In this document: piece after piece, positions 31,101 to 44,892 of the stretch | How positions within the stretch are numbered: the first letter of the stretch is position 1 | How the letters are laid out: every line of letters starts with the position of its first letter | NCBI RefSeq assembly: GCF_009914755.1 | Contig: NC_060927.1 | Origin: the human T2T-CHM13v2.0 reference genome, Homo sapiens | Direction: 5' to 3' (one strand) | DNA: 64,000 nucleotides | Notes under the pieces: model-generated | Told to the model about the DNA's origin: nothing | Database searches by the model: none | The model's input: the letters and a program-made list of their open reading frames with translations, nothing else | Made by a program: the position numbers and the translations under genes

Positions 31101-34100
31101 TTACTTTCAAGAATGTATTATTTAATCTATGATATTACTAAGTTATTTTCATAAAGCATTTTGTTCACTGTGATTCATTATTTTATTTGAAAAGTTAGGG
31201 TAATTTAGATTCTTCTAATATCTAAGTCCAGTGGCAAATATATTTATAAGTATTATCTTCACGTCAGTCCACGGAGCTAGAACAACAGTTCTGCCATGAA
31301 ATGGGAGCCTGGAGTAAAAGCAATTTAAGTAAATTGAAGATGAATGGTTCCACTCATATAGTGATCAGTTATCTCCTTTCCAAATGAGATCTTAAATAAT
31401 ATTCTGTTTTACTTGAGTATTTATCCTCATACAGTTTTGATTACTTTCCTTTTTCCATTACTGCATTCACACTTCTAACCTGGGGATTATTAATAATAAA
31501 TAATTTGCTTCTATATCATTGTTCAGTTTTAGAATTGTGAATGGCTTACCTGGATAATGACTAGTTTTGTATTTGTTGCCAACCATCTGCAATGACCCTT
31601 ATCCTAATCCTACATCAGAATAGGGGGGTTTGTGAAATAAAGGAGGAAGATGAAAAGTAATAACTTGTCTTATTTTTGTACTTACTTTGTGAATAGGGAC
31701 TGTCTGGCCTAAGATCCAAGGTTTAGATGAACTTTGAAACATACAGAATTACATTTTAGAGTAGATTCTGCCAGCGCAACAGTGTTTCTTCCTATTGAGA
31801 CGTACAGACTGTCTATAAGAAGTGGAGAGATTCTTTATATTTGCAGTGTTTGTGTGTTTTAAATCTCCTAAATTTTCTTTCCCAAACAAATGGAAACATA
31901 CAGACGTTGCATTGTAAATGTGCACAATGGTGTGAGCTAACCTGAAATAATATGATCGTTGTCTGTGACTCTTTTTAAAAAACCTTCCCGTAGCAGCTGC
32001 TTCTGACTTCAGTTTTAAAACATTATTTCCATGCACATCCATGAATTATTTAGAATTCCTTAGTTTATGACACTCCTCTGCTCCTGCTGGTTACAAGATT
32101 GGTTTTGAATCATTGTCCTTAGAAAGATAAAGCACATACAAAATTGAATTTCATATGCACCACCCATGCAGGTTGAGCTCTCTAGAATGCTTTTACTTTC
32201 CAGATTGACCAAGTTGTTCAGCAAAGTGAGTACATAGTTCATTAGAATTTTAATGTAAAACCTTGTAAAATGAAAGTTTGGATAAATACAGTACCTATAA
32301 ATAAAATGGAAAAGAATAAAGAATAGTTTCACATTATAAACATTATATTTGGAAACAGGAAAGTCCTCAGTTTTTATTTAATTAAAAGTCATCAAGGATG
32401 ATCCAGCTCTCCAAAAAGTTTCCCACTTGTATTTTCAAGTTAACTAAAGTTTTATTCTAGTATCTTTTTTAAATATTCAAATCTGTTTTAGAAAATTTTT
32501 CTTTATTAATATGCAATAATCTCAATTTCTTCAGCAAAGAAAATGGTGTTAAAATGTCACTAGCTATCCAAAGGAAAAATAAAAATTTAAATCAATTGTC
32601 GAAATATTTCCAACCAACATGATCACACACAGTCTACATTGCAGACAAGATATCTCAGTATTTGAGGTGAAGGCAACATTATTTGAGTGAAAAAGCACCA
32701 AGAAGCATGTGATGCAATCTGTCTTTCCAAACCAAACCTAGCTTTCTTTTCCATCTCTTTTTGCTATTGCCTTTTCCTCTTTTCTTGATCTTTTCTCCCC
32801 ATAACTTCCTTCATGTCTCATTGAAGTTTTGATCTTCTCACTGCTAAACTCAAATAGGGCCTCTATGACCAAGCAGGTTTTTCTATTTTACTTGAATTTT
32901 CATCCAGATGATTTGCATCCTAGAGACACAACCCCATTTTTCAAAATAAGATCTGGCAACACTCAGCTGTGGGGTTCAATTGCAGATGCCAAAAATGCAA
33001 GGTGCTATGATGGAGTTTTATAGTGTCTAGTGGAAAAACTCATAAGTGAAATTCTTTCTCCATCAACCTTCTTACATTAAAAGGGTCAATTTTTAAAAAT
33101 AAACTCAGCTTTATGGAAGAATCATCAAACACAAAGGCATGGTTCCTTAGGGCGATGTGTCTCAGTTAAGACACATTTTTACAATTTGTTTCTATTCCAA
33201 ACGTTTGATCATTTTATTATGTTTGAGGGAGTTAAAACTTTCTCTTCTGATGATTCTTGCATTCTCCAATAAATGTTGTTTATAAAAACTGTAAACAAAT
33301 CTGACTGAATACATAAAATTACCATCTAAGAATATAGCCTAAAATAATCATTTCCAAAAGAATTTACACAAAATGAAAGCAGATAGTTTTTTGGATTTAT
33401 AGTAGAAAACAGGTCTTAGAGAATTTTCCTGTTAATACAGCTATGAAAAAGATATTCTGGATATATTTTAAGAATGACACATCAGCTTCATCAATATTAG
33501 AATATAACAATATATAATATACAACTCTTTAGGACATTATTAAATAATTAAATAAAACATAAAGGCTTTATTTTTAAATTTTTGCTCTTCATATTTTAAT
33601 TTGCATAAACATTTTTAAGTCTTAATAAATTTCAAAGAATTCCATATGACACTCTAAAAATGGGTTTTAATATAAATATGAAGTTTTTAAAAGTACATGG
33701 ATTTTCCTAATAGTTTTGAAAATCTTTTTAAGGATGTTCTTACTTTTATGGTTCACTGTTGTCAAAAACATTCAAATAATTTAAAATTTAGAACTACCAA
33801 CTAGAAGATTAATAGGCTAGATATTTTAGTATTGATATTAAGTCAAAAATTACTTATTTGTTCTTTCAATTGCAGAATACAATACTATAATATTCTTAGG
33901 GAAATAATATTGGCAGTTTTTCTTGGTAGTGTAGACTGTTATGTTCCATGACATGAGTACAAACAGGAAGCACAAAATATATTTTTCTAAACTAGCTTGT
34001 AATTCTTTTTCAAGAGCTAATGCATACTTTGCATGTATAGTTCTCAGCTGTTTATTTGTTTGTTTTTTGGACAGGATATAGCAGTAACTTCCTACAATTT

Positions 34101-36059
34101 TAACTCATTTAAAAAATATGTTATTCCAAAAATCTTAATGGATAAAGATAAAACTAAGACTCATAGACACAAATAGCAGGAAATTTGAAAACTATATATT
34201 TTTTTTGCAAGGAAATTCTGCTTATTTTTTCCAAATGCCTTTGCAAACAAGACAAATCTCATGATAAACAAAATATATCTAAAAATAAATATCACATATT
34301 AAATAAGTAGTAGTTAATCCAAGATGCAATATTCTTCACCTTTTCTAAATTATTTGGAAACACTTTCTAATGTCAAGGAATAGCTCATTTATTTATACTT
34401 AGATTTAGATTTAGATAATGTTTTAAAAATGATAATGAACTTTTAGCCAAGAAATTGCTTAAGTAAAATTATATGACTTGTGACTAACACTGTGCTTTTG
34501 TTTTTAAAGGAAAAAAATACAGTTACGTTCATTGTTAAGATGTATTTATAGAGCATTTTTATTGTTAAGTTATGCTTTTAGAGCTTTAGGAACATTTGAG
34601 AACAATAATCAGTAGTGTGTAATGGTATTGTTAGTGGAGTCCTTTCTATTGAATTTTCAAGATGTTGTAAAATGAGATTATGTGAGTAGCACCTCTGGAC
34701 ACTTTTTCCCATCATTGTGTTGGTATCAATCGCTGACTTCCACCATTTCTCCGGGTATTAAATAGAAACACTGGTTCCCACTGCCTTGATTGGAGGGTTT
34801 ATAATACCTGACAGAACTGATAACCCTACTGAGATTAAGCATTGTGATCTTATGAAAGCTAAATGAAATCTACAGCTCCAGAATGTGTCTCTAAGACAGA
34901 CCTGAGAAGATGTGAGAAAATATCTTTTTTTCATTCTTTCCTTATTCTGACAAAGCACTTCTTTCCCCAGGCAAATCTGGCTAAGAGAGACAGTGAGAAA
35001 ACTCTGTGTCATAAGCTTCAGCCACAGTAGGGCCGCCATTCTACTGGCAGAGGTAACATCTGACACATGCCAAAGCTAATGCCTCATGCAGAAGGTGTGT
35101 TGCATGATCACTGTGTGTGGACAGATTGCCAACACATAGGATCAGTTTGAAATTGGCAGGGTTCAGCATGACTGGAAATTGAACTATGTTTGAAGAAGAG
35201 GTGCCTATGCTTGGCTCTGCTCCTGGAGTCATCTGTAACTACGGAAAAAGCCTTCTCACATTTACTTCTCAATTTCCCACACATTAAAAACATGAAATTT
35301 AACAATTATTGACTCTCCTCTATAAGGCCTTTCCAGGATCAGATATTAAAGTATCCCATTATCTAATATATTTAGAATGGTGTCCCAGTTCGTGGGGCCT
35401 GGCTGCAGAGACCAATAAATCTGCAGCTAACCACTGACGTTTTAAAGATTTTTGCTGCATTCTTCCTATCCTTATCCTCCTTGGTCATGAGTGGTCACCA
35501 TGACCAGAAGAACAGAAATTATATGCCCTCTGCTTTCCACTCCTGGATTAATCTTAAGAAAGGATCTATCTCTTAGTAGCCCTGAAAAATGCGTTGTCAG
35601 CAGAGAACCGCTACCTCTAACTGATGTTTTTCAAATACCTTTTCAGCTCTCATTGACTGTCCTTCCTTATATTGATCCCTCTTCCAAACCTACTCAATCC
35701 ACCAGTATTCTCATTTATATAGAAGTTCAGCTGCTACCCCAGTTCCATGCATTACTGGGTGTGGTCTGGCTCAGGAAATCTTGTTCTCTTAAAATGTATA
35801 ATATTTTACATTTCATTTTGATAGGGAGATATCATCTTCTAGCTGGCTCCTTGGAAGGCCAGAAGCTAAGGCATAAGGAGCTGGTAATAACAATGTCATT
35901 ATATGTCTTACAAGAAAATTTTTATTTTACCAAGTGATAGTGTCTTAAATCAAAGAATTTATTTTAAGGTCATTTTTTCTAGAAGCATATTTATGCTTTA
36001 AAAAAGCACAAATACAAGAATTTTCTGAAAAGAGATTTAGTTGCTGCAAAATTACAACG

Positions 36060-36440
36060 GATGGTGACAGTCTTATGCAACTCTGAGCTTGAAGTGTTGC
36101 ATTTAATTCTCAGTCCCTTATTTTAAAAGCATTTACAAATCATAAGATATTCAGATGAATGTGACAGAATTGGGGAGAGGTCTGAAAATCAAACCATATT
36201 AGGAAGATTTAAAGTAACTATGGATGTTTTGTGTGGAGAATGAAAGACTTGAAGAGGAGATGCCCTATGATTTTTAATGGAGAGTCATATAGTAAAGGAA
36301 TTTAAATTATTCAGTGTGGTTCCTAAGGACCATTGCATGTAAGTTGTGTAAAGAAAGATGCAGCTTTATATAGAGAAGAAAAATATATCAACTGGTATGT
36401 TAGATAGGAATCTTCTTCCTTATGAGAATATCTGGGACAG
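36060..36440 (+). mobile_element. CR1/L3 LINE fragment
   Basis: GGTCTGAAAATCAAACCATATTAGGAAG...GGATGTTTTGTGTGGAGAATGAAAGACTT follows the L3 consensus. Confidence 0.6.
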
Positions 36441-36444
36441 ACAT

Positions 36445-36900
36445 CAAATGGTTGCAATGAGCAAAACCTCATTCTAGCATAGCTTATTTTAAAAAGTGGA
36501 TTATTGAAAAATAAAGGAGACATTTGCAGAACTCAACAGTGCAGTCAGGCTTCATGAAAAACAAAATAGTGTCAGTCATCTCCTCCCCCTTCCTCTTTCT
36601 CTCAGAAACCGCATGGTCTCTTCTCTCCCTTGCTCTCTTTAAGTCTGCTGCATTTATCTCTACAGAACGGATTAGCCTGTAAGAGCTCTGGTTTCCCTGC
36701 CTCCTCCTAATTTTAACTTGCATGTGGCTCTGGTTTGCCAGAGCAGCAACAATATATCATCTTTATATTCCCACAGCATTTCAGTATCCAACAGCATCTC
36801 TCTGTCATTTCTGGGTCTTTGTAGTTCAAGTTCTCCCAACAAAATTTCATCAATTCCTTTTGAGTCCATTTACCCATACTTGCTCTAATTTGCTGTGCCA
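36445..36900 (-). mobile_element. Possible very old MLT1 LTR
   Basis: GGTTGCAATGAGCAAAACCTCATTCTAGC...ATTATTGAAAA...GCAGAACTCAA, MLT1-like reverse 3' end. Confidence 0.4.
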
Positions 36901-37004
36901 AGCAGGTTGGATGTACCAGTGACAAAATGGTCAAGACTGTCAGCCAAGTGCTGGGAAAGGGGGCACTACCATTTAACCAGCCAAGTATTTCCCGTTTTAG
37001 TATA

Positions 37005-37795
37005 TGTACCCACCATTTAGCCCATTGCCCTAGCCAAAAATCTGAAAGTTATTATTGACTCTGCCCTTTCCTTCAATTGCCAAATCCCACCCTTCATAAG
37101 TCCTGGCAATTCTATCCCCTAAATAGTCCATTGTTTCCCTAGACTTTTCATCTCTACTGATGCCATCCTACTCCAAGTCACCATTGTTTCTCAGGCAAGA
37201 TATTTTAAAGGACGTCTAAGTTGTGTTCCCAAGGTCATTCTAACACCATTCTCCACACTAAAGCTAGAGTTACTTTTTCAACCAATTCTGATCATGTTGT
37301 CCACTGTTTAAAACAAGGCTTGTCAGATCTCAGTTTAAAAACAAATATTGTTCAAGAACCCTGTTTTGTTCAAGACCAGGAGTTTGGGTCTTGCCATACT
37401 CTCCGGGCTCATCATGTACCACTTCATTTCTTGCTCTCAGAACTCTAGGCCATAAAATTTACTTTCAAAAATAGAAATATACCAAAATTTCTATCCCCTC
37501 GAGACCTTTTACCTTGCTACTTCCTCTATCAGAAACACTTTGTTCTGCCACCCTTGGATTAGATAACTTCAACTCAGCCTTTGGATTTCAAATTAAGTAT
37601 ATTTATTCAGGGAGGTCATCTCTTTGAATGTTTTCTCCTACAGCAACATTCATCTTAGTTGAATTCGCTAGTTCAATGTCTAGCTTTTTCACCAGAGTAT
37701 AAGATCAATGAAAGCAACTGCTACTGCCTTCTAGGCAACGGTAGTGTTTGACATAAAATATAACTCAATAAATATTTGTAGAATAAATGAATTAT
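37005..37795 (+). mobile_element. L2 3' region
   Basis: TGCCCTAGCCAAAAATCTG...AAGTCCTGGCAATTCTA...ends CTCAATAAATATTTGTAGAATAAATGAAT. Confidence 0.8.
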
Positions 37796-38107
37796 TGGTA
37801 AGCCTAGATCTAATACCAGGCATTCCAAAGATGTGAAATCCTAATTTTCTTAGATTTTTGGAGATGACGAAAAGCTCACACTTCTTGAAATCTCAAACCT
37901 TGATTAGGGAAGGCAAGACACTCTGTGACAACTTCTAAAATCAAGAATACATTTCTAAAAGGGTTAGATTATTTCTGCACAAAAAATAAAAGTAATAAAA
38001 TTTTTATTTATGTTTTGTATAACTAAACATGGATATAAAGAGATATCAAATTCATGCAAGCAGAAAAAATAGCCAATCTTAATTCTTTCAATAAATTTAT
38101 GTATCAT

Positions 38108-38536
<429 letters not shown>

Positions 38537-39524
38537 TTATGTATCGAGTGCCTGTATAAGCTGGGAACTGTTCTAAATATTTTAGATATAGAGTGAAAAA
38601 AATAGAAATGAATCCCTGCCCTCATGGAGTTTACATTTTACTACATTCTAGTAATATAACATGGTTAATCAAATACACAAAAATGAAAAAAAATGAAAAA
38701 ATTGAAGTGTTCACCACACCTGGCTAAATTTTGTAAAACTCTTAAATATTTGTGAACTTGACTTACAAAGTGCTAGTGTTTTCTCTCCTATCTATGACTC
38801 TCCTAGGGAATCTCCTAGGTGTTTCGGAGAGACACAAGGATGTGGCTTTGGATAAATACTAGAGCAGAGGTGCATATAACCTCTGCAGATTTGCTGCTAC
38901 GGAGGTGTATGTCTAAAAGGTAAATATTGTTTGAATTTGGATAAACATTTCAAAATAATAACAGAAAGACTTAGATCCTCATAAATCACACACCAGATAG
39001 GAATAAATAAATTTTAGTGACCTTGCTCCTCTTCATTTCCCCTAACACCCAGCATTTACACTAAGGAGCAATGACAAAGCTGTGTAGCAGAGAGACTATG
39101 GAGAGAGCAGGGTCCCTGACAGTCCCCAGATCAGATTGGTCTTGGGAATACCTGAGATTTTAGATGCCAAGAGTTGAAATTAAGCCATGGAAAATGGGGT
39201 GATACGCTATCCTTTTAAATCTCTTTTGTTTTAATTCCAAGAGATTCTATGCGGGTGCAAAGCCAAACAATAGATTCCAGAAGAGCAAAGTTCACAGTAC
39301 AATAGGTGTTCCAAAATGGATGTCAATGCAAAAGGAAATAGGGCCACTTAGAAAACAGAATGTTGCCTTTTGTCTTAAAAATTAAAGCCAAATTTAACTC
39401 AGAGAAGACAATTCTGAACATAAAAAGAGACCTGTGGCTTCATCAGTTTAATCATAACCCACAAATATTTCTAACAAAGGTCATCGATGCAATCTCTTAT
39501 AACACCAAGAAGTTAATAATGAAT

Positions 39525-39960
39525 TTATGCATTCATTTGACAAATATTTATCAGGTCCATACTGTACATCAGGCACAGTTCTGGGTAATGAGGATAAATG
39601 GTGAATTTTTTTTTAAACCATGACCTTCCATAGAGCACAATCTAGTGAGAAAGATAAACATATAGCAAATAAATAAATATATGTCTAATATAATACTGGA
39701 TGATAACATGCTATGAAAGAAAATATAGTAGTGTAAGAAGATAGAGGGTCTAGAGGTGGTATTTAAGATGAGGTGTGCAGATGTGGCCTGTCTGTTAAAG
39801 TGGCATTTGTGCTAGAGGGGAGTGAGCTACAGGGAGCGTGGTCAGAGAGGAGTCTGGAGAGGTAGCTAGGGTTCAGATCATAAGGGTACTGTGGGCCATG
39901 ATAAGGTACTGTGGTGCATTGGACAAGAGTAATAGGAAATGGTGAAAGTAGTAAAATTCT
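39525..39960 (-). mobile_element. L2 3' end
   Basis: CATTCATTTGACAAATATTTATCAGGTCCATACTGTACATCAGGCAC, reverse L2a terminus. Confidence 0.8.
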
Positions 39961-40074
39961 GGTGGATAGATAGAGAGATAATGGAAGATAGATAGATCAC
40001 TGATGGATAGGATATTATTTATAATATTATATTATATTTTATATCATTTATAATATCCTATCTATCTAATCACT

Positions 40075-40332
40075 GTTTGATGGGGTGTTATAAAGGTTCA
40101 TCTCCTTGTCTTAATTCAGGACAACTCTAAAGAATTACAGAATTACAGTTACAGAATTCCTCTTATATCAGTTGAGGTCTTTGATATAACTGCATAAAAA
40201 TTCAATTCTCCCTCTGTTCAATCTTGCTTCCAATGCCCCTCCTCCACACAAATGTTAAATTTGACAGCACCTTCTATAAACTTCTTACATGTAAAGCTCT
40301 TCATCAGAGTCTGTTTTCCAGGAAATCTGTCA
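40075..40332 (+). mobile_element. LTR16-family 5' LTR (5'-truncated)
   Basis: GGACAACTCTAAAG, ATAAACTTCTTACATG, CAGAGTCTGTTTTCCAGGAAA; followed by the PBS-like TTGGTGCCAAGA. Confidence 0.75.
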
Positions 40333-40515
40333 CTTGGTGCCAAGATTCATCCAAGGAAGCACGCTCAAAAATGAAATTTTGGCAGTAGATTACTGCTGGC
40401 CGACTGGCAACGAGGACCCCATCAAAGGTGTATAAGGAGAACGCCAGTGATCACTGGTTTGCAGTAGTGGTATGAATGTTAAAATTTTCATGAGTTGTAA
40501 ACGTGGATGGGATGC

Positions 40516-41027
40516 TGTGATAGGCAGTCTCTAAAACAGTCCCCAGTGATCCTTGCCTCCTGGTTTTCATGCCCTTATGTAGTTCTCTCCTGCACTAAAC
40601 CAGCATGTTCCATATGCCTAATGGAATACTGCCAAAATAATGGTATGTGTATTAGTGCATTGAAGCTTCTGTATTGGCATCTTAGATCACTCTCTCTGGG
40701 GAGGAAGCCCCTTGCCATATCATAAGAACACTCAAACAGCTCTATAGAGAGACCTTGAGGCTTAGCTAAACAGCTAGAATATTTTGCCAGGTATGTAGTA
40801 GTGAATATTTATTTCACTTGAGTCAAATCTTTTAACAAGTACAGGCATGAATGACATGGAATGGAACCTCATGGCCAGCCCTGAGCTACAGACTGCTCAG
40901 CAAAACCATTCCTGAATCCCTGACCCAAAGAAACTATGGGAAATAGTAAATGTTTATTGCTATTTCAAGGCACTGATTTTGGGGGTGGGAGGGTTATTTG
41001 TTATGCAGTAATGGATAAATAATTGCA
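40516..41027 (+). mobile_element. MLT1F-like solo LTR nested in the ERVL
   Basis: TGTGATAGGCAGTCTCTAAAA...CCCCAGTGATCCTTGCCTCCTGG ... GTTATTTGTTATGCAGTAATGGATAA. Confidence 0.85.
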
Positions 41028-41555
41028 TATATTGGTAGAAGAGAATATACTTTAAAAAGTGCAATATATCATAGGTTTGAGAAATATTGGTTATAAGGAC
41101 TATCAAATTATATGTCTATGGATGTGGGCAATGGATATATTGGGGGAAGGGAAAGTTTTAAGTTATTCACCACTTAAAGAGTAAGTGTGAAAGTGAGCCT
41201 CCTTTGAAACTTAAAAAAAGATTCTTAGCTCCTGCAGCCAGAGGGCAGAGAAAGCTGAGGACTGGGCTTATAAGAGTAACAAAGCTCCAAAAGAGATCAT
41301 TTCTGGAAGGCTAATGTAGGGACCCTACGTGTGAAGCCGTGGGATGATGGACTTGAAGTGGGGATATTGTGTTGATGCATGAAAACCTCTTGAATCTCCA
41401 GATTCTCCAGAGCTTTTTAGACCTGAAAAAGTGGCCCACCTTCCCTGTTCAAGGACAGTACTCTTCCCTTGTCTGAAAATTATGCATAGGTGTGTTTGCA
41501 GCACAATCCATCTGCCTCTCAGGATCTACCTCCCATTATGTCTTTTCAGGTAATA

Positions 41556-42100
41556 CAGTAGGCCCCTCTTATCCATGGGGTATATGTTCCAGCATCCTCA
41601 GTGGATCCCTGAAACCACAGATAGTACCAAACCTCATATATGCTAAGTTTTTTCCTAAACATATACCTATGATAAAGTTTAATTTATAAATTAGGCACAG
41701 TGAGAGATTAAAAACAATAATTAATAATAAAATAGAACAATTATAATAATATACTAGCATCACTACTCCACTATTCTTTGGGGCCATTATTAAGTAAAAT
41801 AATGGTTATTTGAACACAAGCACCAGGATACTACCACAGTTGATCTTGTAACCAAGAAGGCTACTAAGTGACCACCAGGAGGGCAGCATATGAAGTGGGA
41901 CTATGCCAGACAAACGAATCATTCCAGTCCTGAATGGAACAGAAAGAAATAAAGTAAGATTTCATTACGCTACTCAGAATGGTGTGCAACTTAGTTAAAA
42001 CTTGTAAATTATTTATTTTTGGATTTTTCTATTTAATATTTTGGGACGTCAGGTATCTGAAACCTTAGAAAGTGAAACCACGGGATAAGGGAAACTACTA
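41556..42100 (-). mobile_element. MER44B-like Tigger element nested in the ERVL
   Basis: TIRs CAGTAGGCCCCTCTTATCC ... GGATAAGGGAAACTACT; TA on both flanks. Confidence 0.9.
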
Positions 42101-43269
42101 TAACTGGAATTGAGCCTCAACATAACCCAGTGAGGGAAGGGCTGCAGTCTGCTAAAGGAGGAAAGAGTCTGGGTTTCAAAGGCATGACAGGACCTAACCA
42201 ACATATACCAACAGATGGCAGAGCAGTATGTACAAAATTGGGTTCTGAGGATGCTGGATTAAGGAGGGTAGAATATAAAATTGGATTAGGAAGAGTTGAT
42301 TAACATGGAAACACTCAACTACCACATAGGACTTAAAGCCCTGGAAAATGACCTTGGGAGATGAAGCTAATACGTTGCTAAGATAGCTCTTGGAAGTTTG
42401 CTGAAAGTTATGGCCCATGCTAAGTGAAGTATATTTACCAGGGTATTCTGGCAGATGAGGAAGAATAAATAAAGAAAAGTTGAGAGTAATGGTCATGTGC
42501 AGTGCATACATTTCATGAAGGTAGATGATAAAGAAGTGCAGGTGAGAAGAGAACCACTACAACTGAGAAGTTCAGTAATAGCTGTCCTCTATAGGCCAGG
42601 GCCAATGATAGGAGATGTGTCCATAGAACTGTCCTTCCTGATAATAGTGGGGATGATACGAGCTGGAATAATAACAGAAGCAGCATGGTGGGAACAATTA
42701 TTGCATTGAGGACTAAGGTTGAGGTGGAAGCTGACAGCACATATAATAGTTATTTAACTGTTTGCTTTTTTTTTTTTTTTTTTACCTTTTTTAAGTGAAT
42801 AAAGTAAGCACAGATCTGGAAACTGGGCAAGGGATGAACCATGGAGGATGACAATGGACCATTAAAAATTCAACGAGTCCTAATTGTGGCTGCTATACAA
42901 GATATGGTGTATTTGCTAGGGAAGATTAATAAAGCCTCAGATACATTTTATTATATATGACCACTAATCTGGTGAATGCAATTTTTTTCTAATCCTATTA
43001 GAAAGATCAGGAACAGTTCATATTCATTTGACACACACAACATCATTTACATATATTCTTTTCCTTGGGGCTATGTTAAATCTCCCATTTCCTGTCCCAA
43101 GGACTTGGACCATATGGATACTCTGAAGAAAATGACATTGGTCTACTATATCAATGATACCATGTTAGTTAAACTGAATAGATCAAGAAGCGGTGACTAC
43201 ATTGGAGACCAAGCTACAGATTCCTTCAGAGTCTATAGTAAACAATCCAATCAGTTATGAGGTTAGTAT

Positions 43270-43540
43270 ACATTCTAACCTGGACTAATGAACAGCATGA
43301 TGGCTCTTGTTAATAATACTGTATTGTTTACTTGAAATGTCTTAAGAGAGATCTTAGCATCTCACCAAAATAAAATTTCAAAAGTAACTATGTGAGATGC
43401 TGGATGTGTTAATTAACTTGATTGTGGTAATCATTTCATAATATACACACATATCAAATCATCACATTGTGTACTTCATATATATACAATTTTACTTGTT
43501 AGTTGTAGCTTGATAAAGCTGGAAGAGTAGAAGAAGAAAA
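43270..43540 (+). mobile_element. L1MA9-like 3' end nested in the ERVL pol
   Basis: GTTAATAATACTGTATTG...GTAACTATGTGAGATG...GATTGTGGTAATCATTTC...ATAAAGCTGG. Confidence 0.85.
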
Positions 43541-44892
43541 AAGAATGAATGACCTAGTCAGCTGATGTTAGCCAGACTGCTCATCAGCAGCCCCAGTACT
43601 TGCACAATAGATGCATGAATGGTGTAGCCTGATGAAGGAATGGACAATCTGCATGGGACCAAAAGCCTGAGCTCTCCCTCACTGAAGCTTATCTAGCTAT
43701 TTCCACTGTCAAATGTCCAGCTTGTGAGGAATAGAGTCCAACTTGTGTGCTCTTTATAGTATTGTATCTCAAGGACATCCATTTTAGTGGCAAGTTGACA
43801 ATATTGGACCCCTTCTTCCTCGAAAGGGGCAGCAACTCATCTTATACATGCATTCTAAGTATGGACTTGCATTTCTTGCTTGCAGGACCTCACCCACCAT
43901 CATTAGCTGAGAGTGCACAGAGTTTGATTACCAACACAGGATCCCACATAACATCACATTGGACCAAGGAACACTCTAGACTAAAGAAAGTGTGGTAGTG
44001 GACACAGGGCCATGGGAGCCATTGGTTATATCACATACTGCTCCACCAAACTGGCCTGATAGAATAATGGAATAGTGCAATTACAGCCAGCTTGGAGATG
44101 ATAGACCGTGAAGATAAGACCCTATCCTTCATAAAGTAGGATACTTCATGATGCAGTTATATAACCTAAACCAATGACCATTATATGGTTCTCTGTCTTT
44201 AATATTTAGAATACCTGGGTCCAAGACCCAAGGAAAGAAAACAGGAGTGGTCTTACTGCCATTACTTTTATTGACTTGGGGAATTTGTGCTTCCCATACC
44301 TGCAAGTTTAGGGACTATAATACCTAAAGGGAAGTGCTTTCAGAAGGAGACATTATACTAAGCCTTGAGCTGCAGTTGCTGCCTGATCACTTTGGTCTCT
44401 GCATGTCAGGACACCAAGAGCAAAGAAAGAAATTACTATGCTAGCAGGGATAATTAACCTTGATCATCACGAGTAGAGAGAGTTGCTGTCATACACTGGG
44501 GTCAGGAAGGAATATGTTCAGTACTCATGTGATCCACCTGGGTGTCTCTTGATACTCCCTTGCCAATTTTGATGGTAAATGAAGAAATGAAGTGACCACA
44601 GACTAACAAAGGTATGGTGACAATGAGATCAGACCTCTTGGCAATGAGATTCTGGATCATCGCCATAAGATAAGTCATCTAAACCTTCATGTGCCAACCA
44701 AGGGAATTTAAAATGACAGAGATGGGAGAGAATGAGTATCAGTTGCAGACTCAAGACCAACTACAGTAGCAGTGTCTGATGTTTATACCACTAACACTCT
44801 TCTTTTAAGTTTCCTCAGCAAAAGACATCCAACAGAACTGTGAAGGAGTTGCTCCTAGGAAGTGGATCCAAGAAATGCCAAGAATGGTCTCT

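Larger units (their letters stand above)
40333..44890 (+). mobile_element. Degraded ERVL-class internal region (ERV3-16A3/ERVL-like) with gag, RT and IN remnants
   Basis: gag-like WVLRMLD*GG*NIKLD (~42240-42290); RT-like WRMTMD, FFSNPI, PWGYVKSP, TLVYYINDTML (~42840-43170); IN-like CPAC, WQVDNIGP, IPHNITLDQGTL (~43710-43980). Confidence 0.85.

Noticed and set aside
35491-35937. 148-aa ORF in mostly unique sequence
   Set aside because: GTG start, no recognisable domain or splice context; possibly overlaps a reverse CR1 remnant; length is compatible with chance.
42976-43260. ORF with RT-like motifs as a domesticated retroviral gene
   Set aside because: Catalytic YIDD reads YIND, flanks are frameshifted, and an L1 fragment interrupts immediately after.
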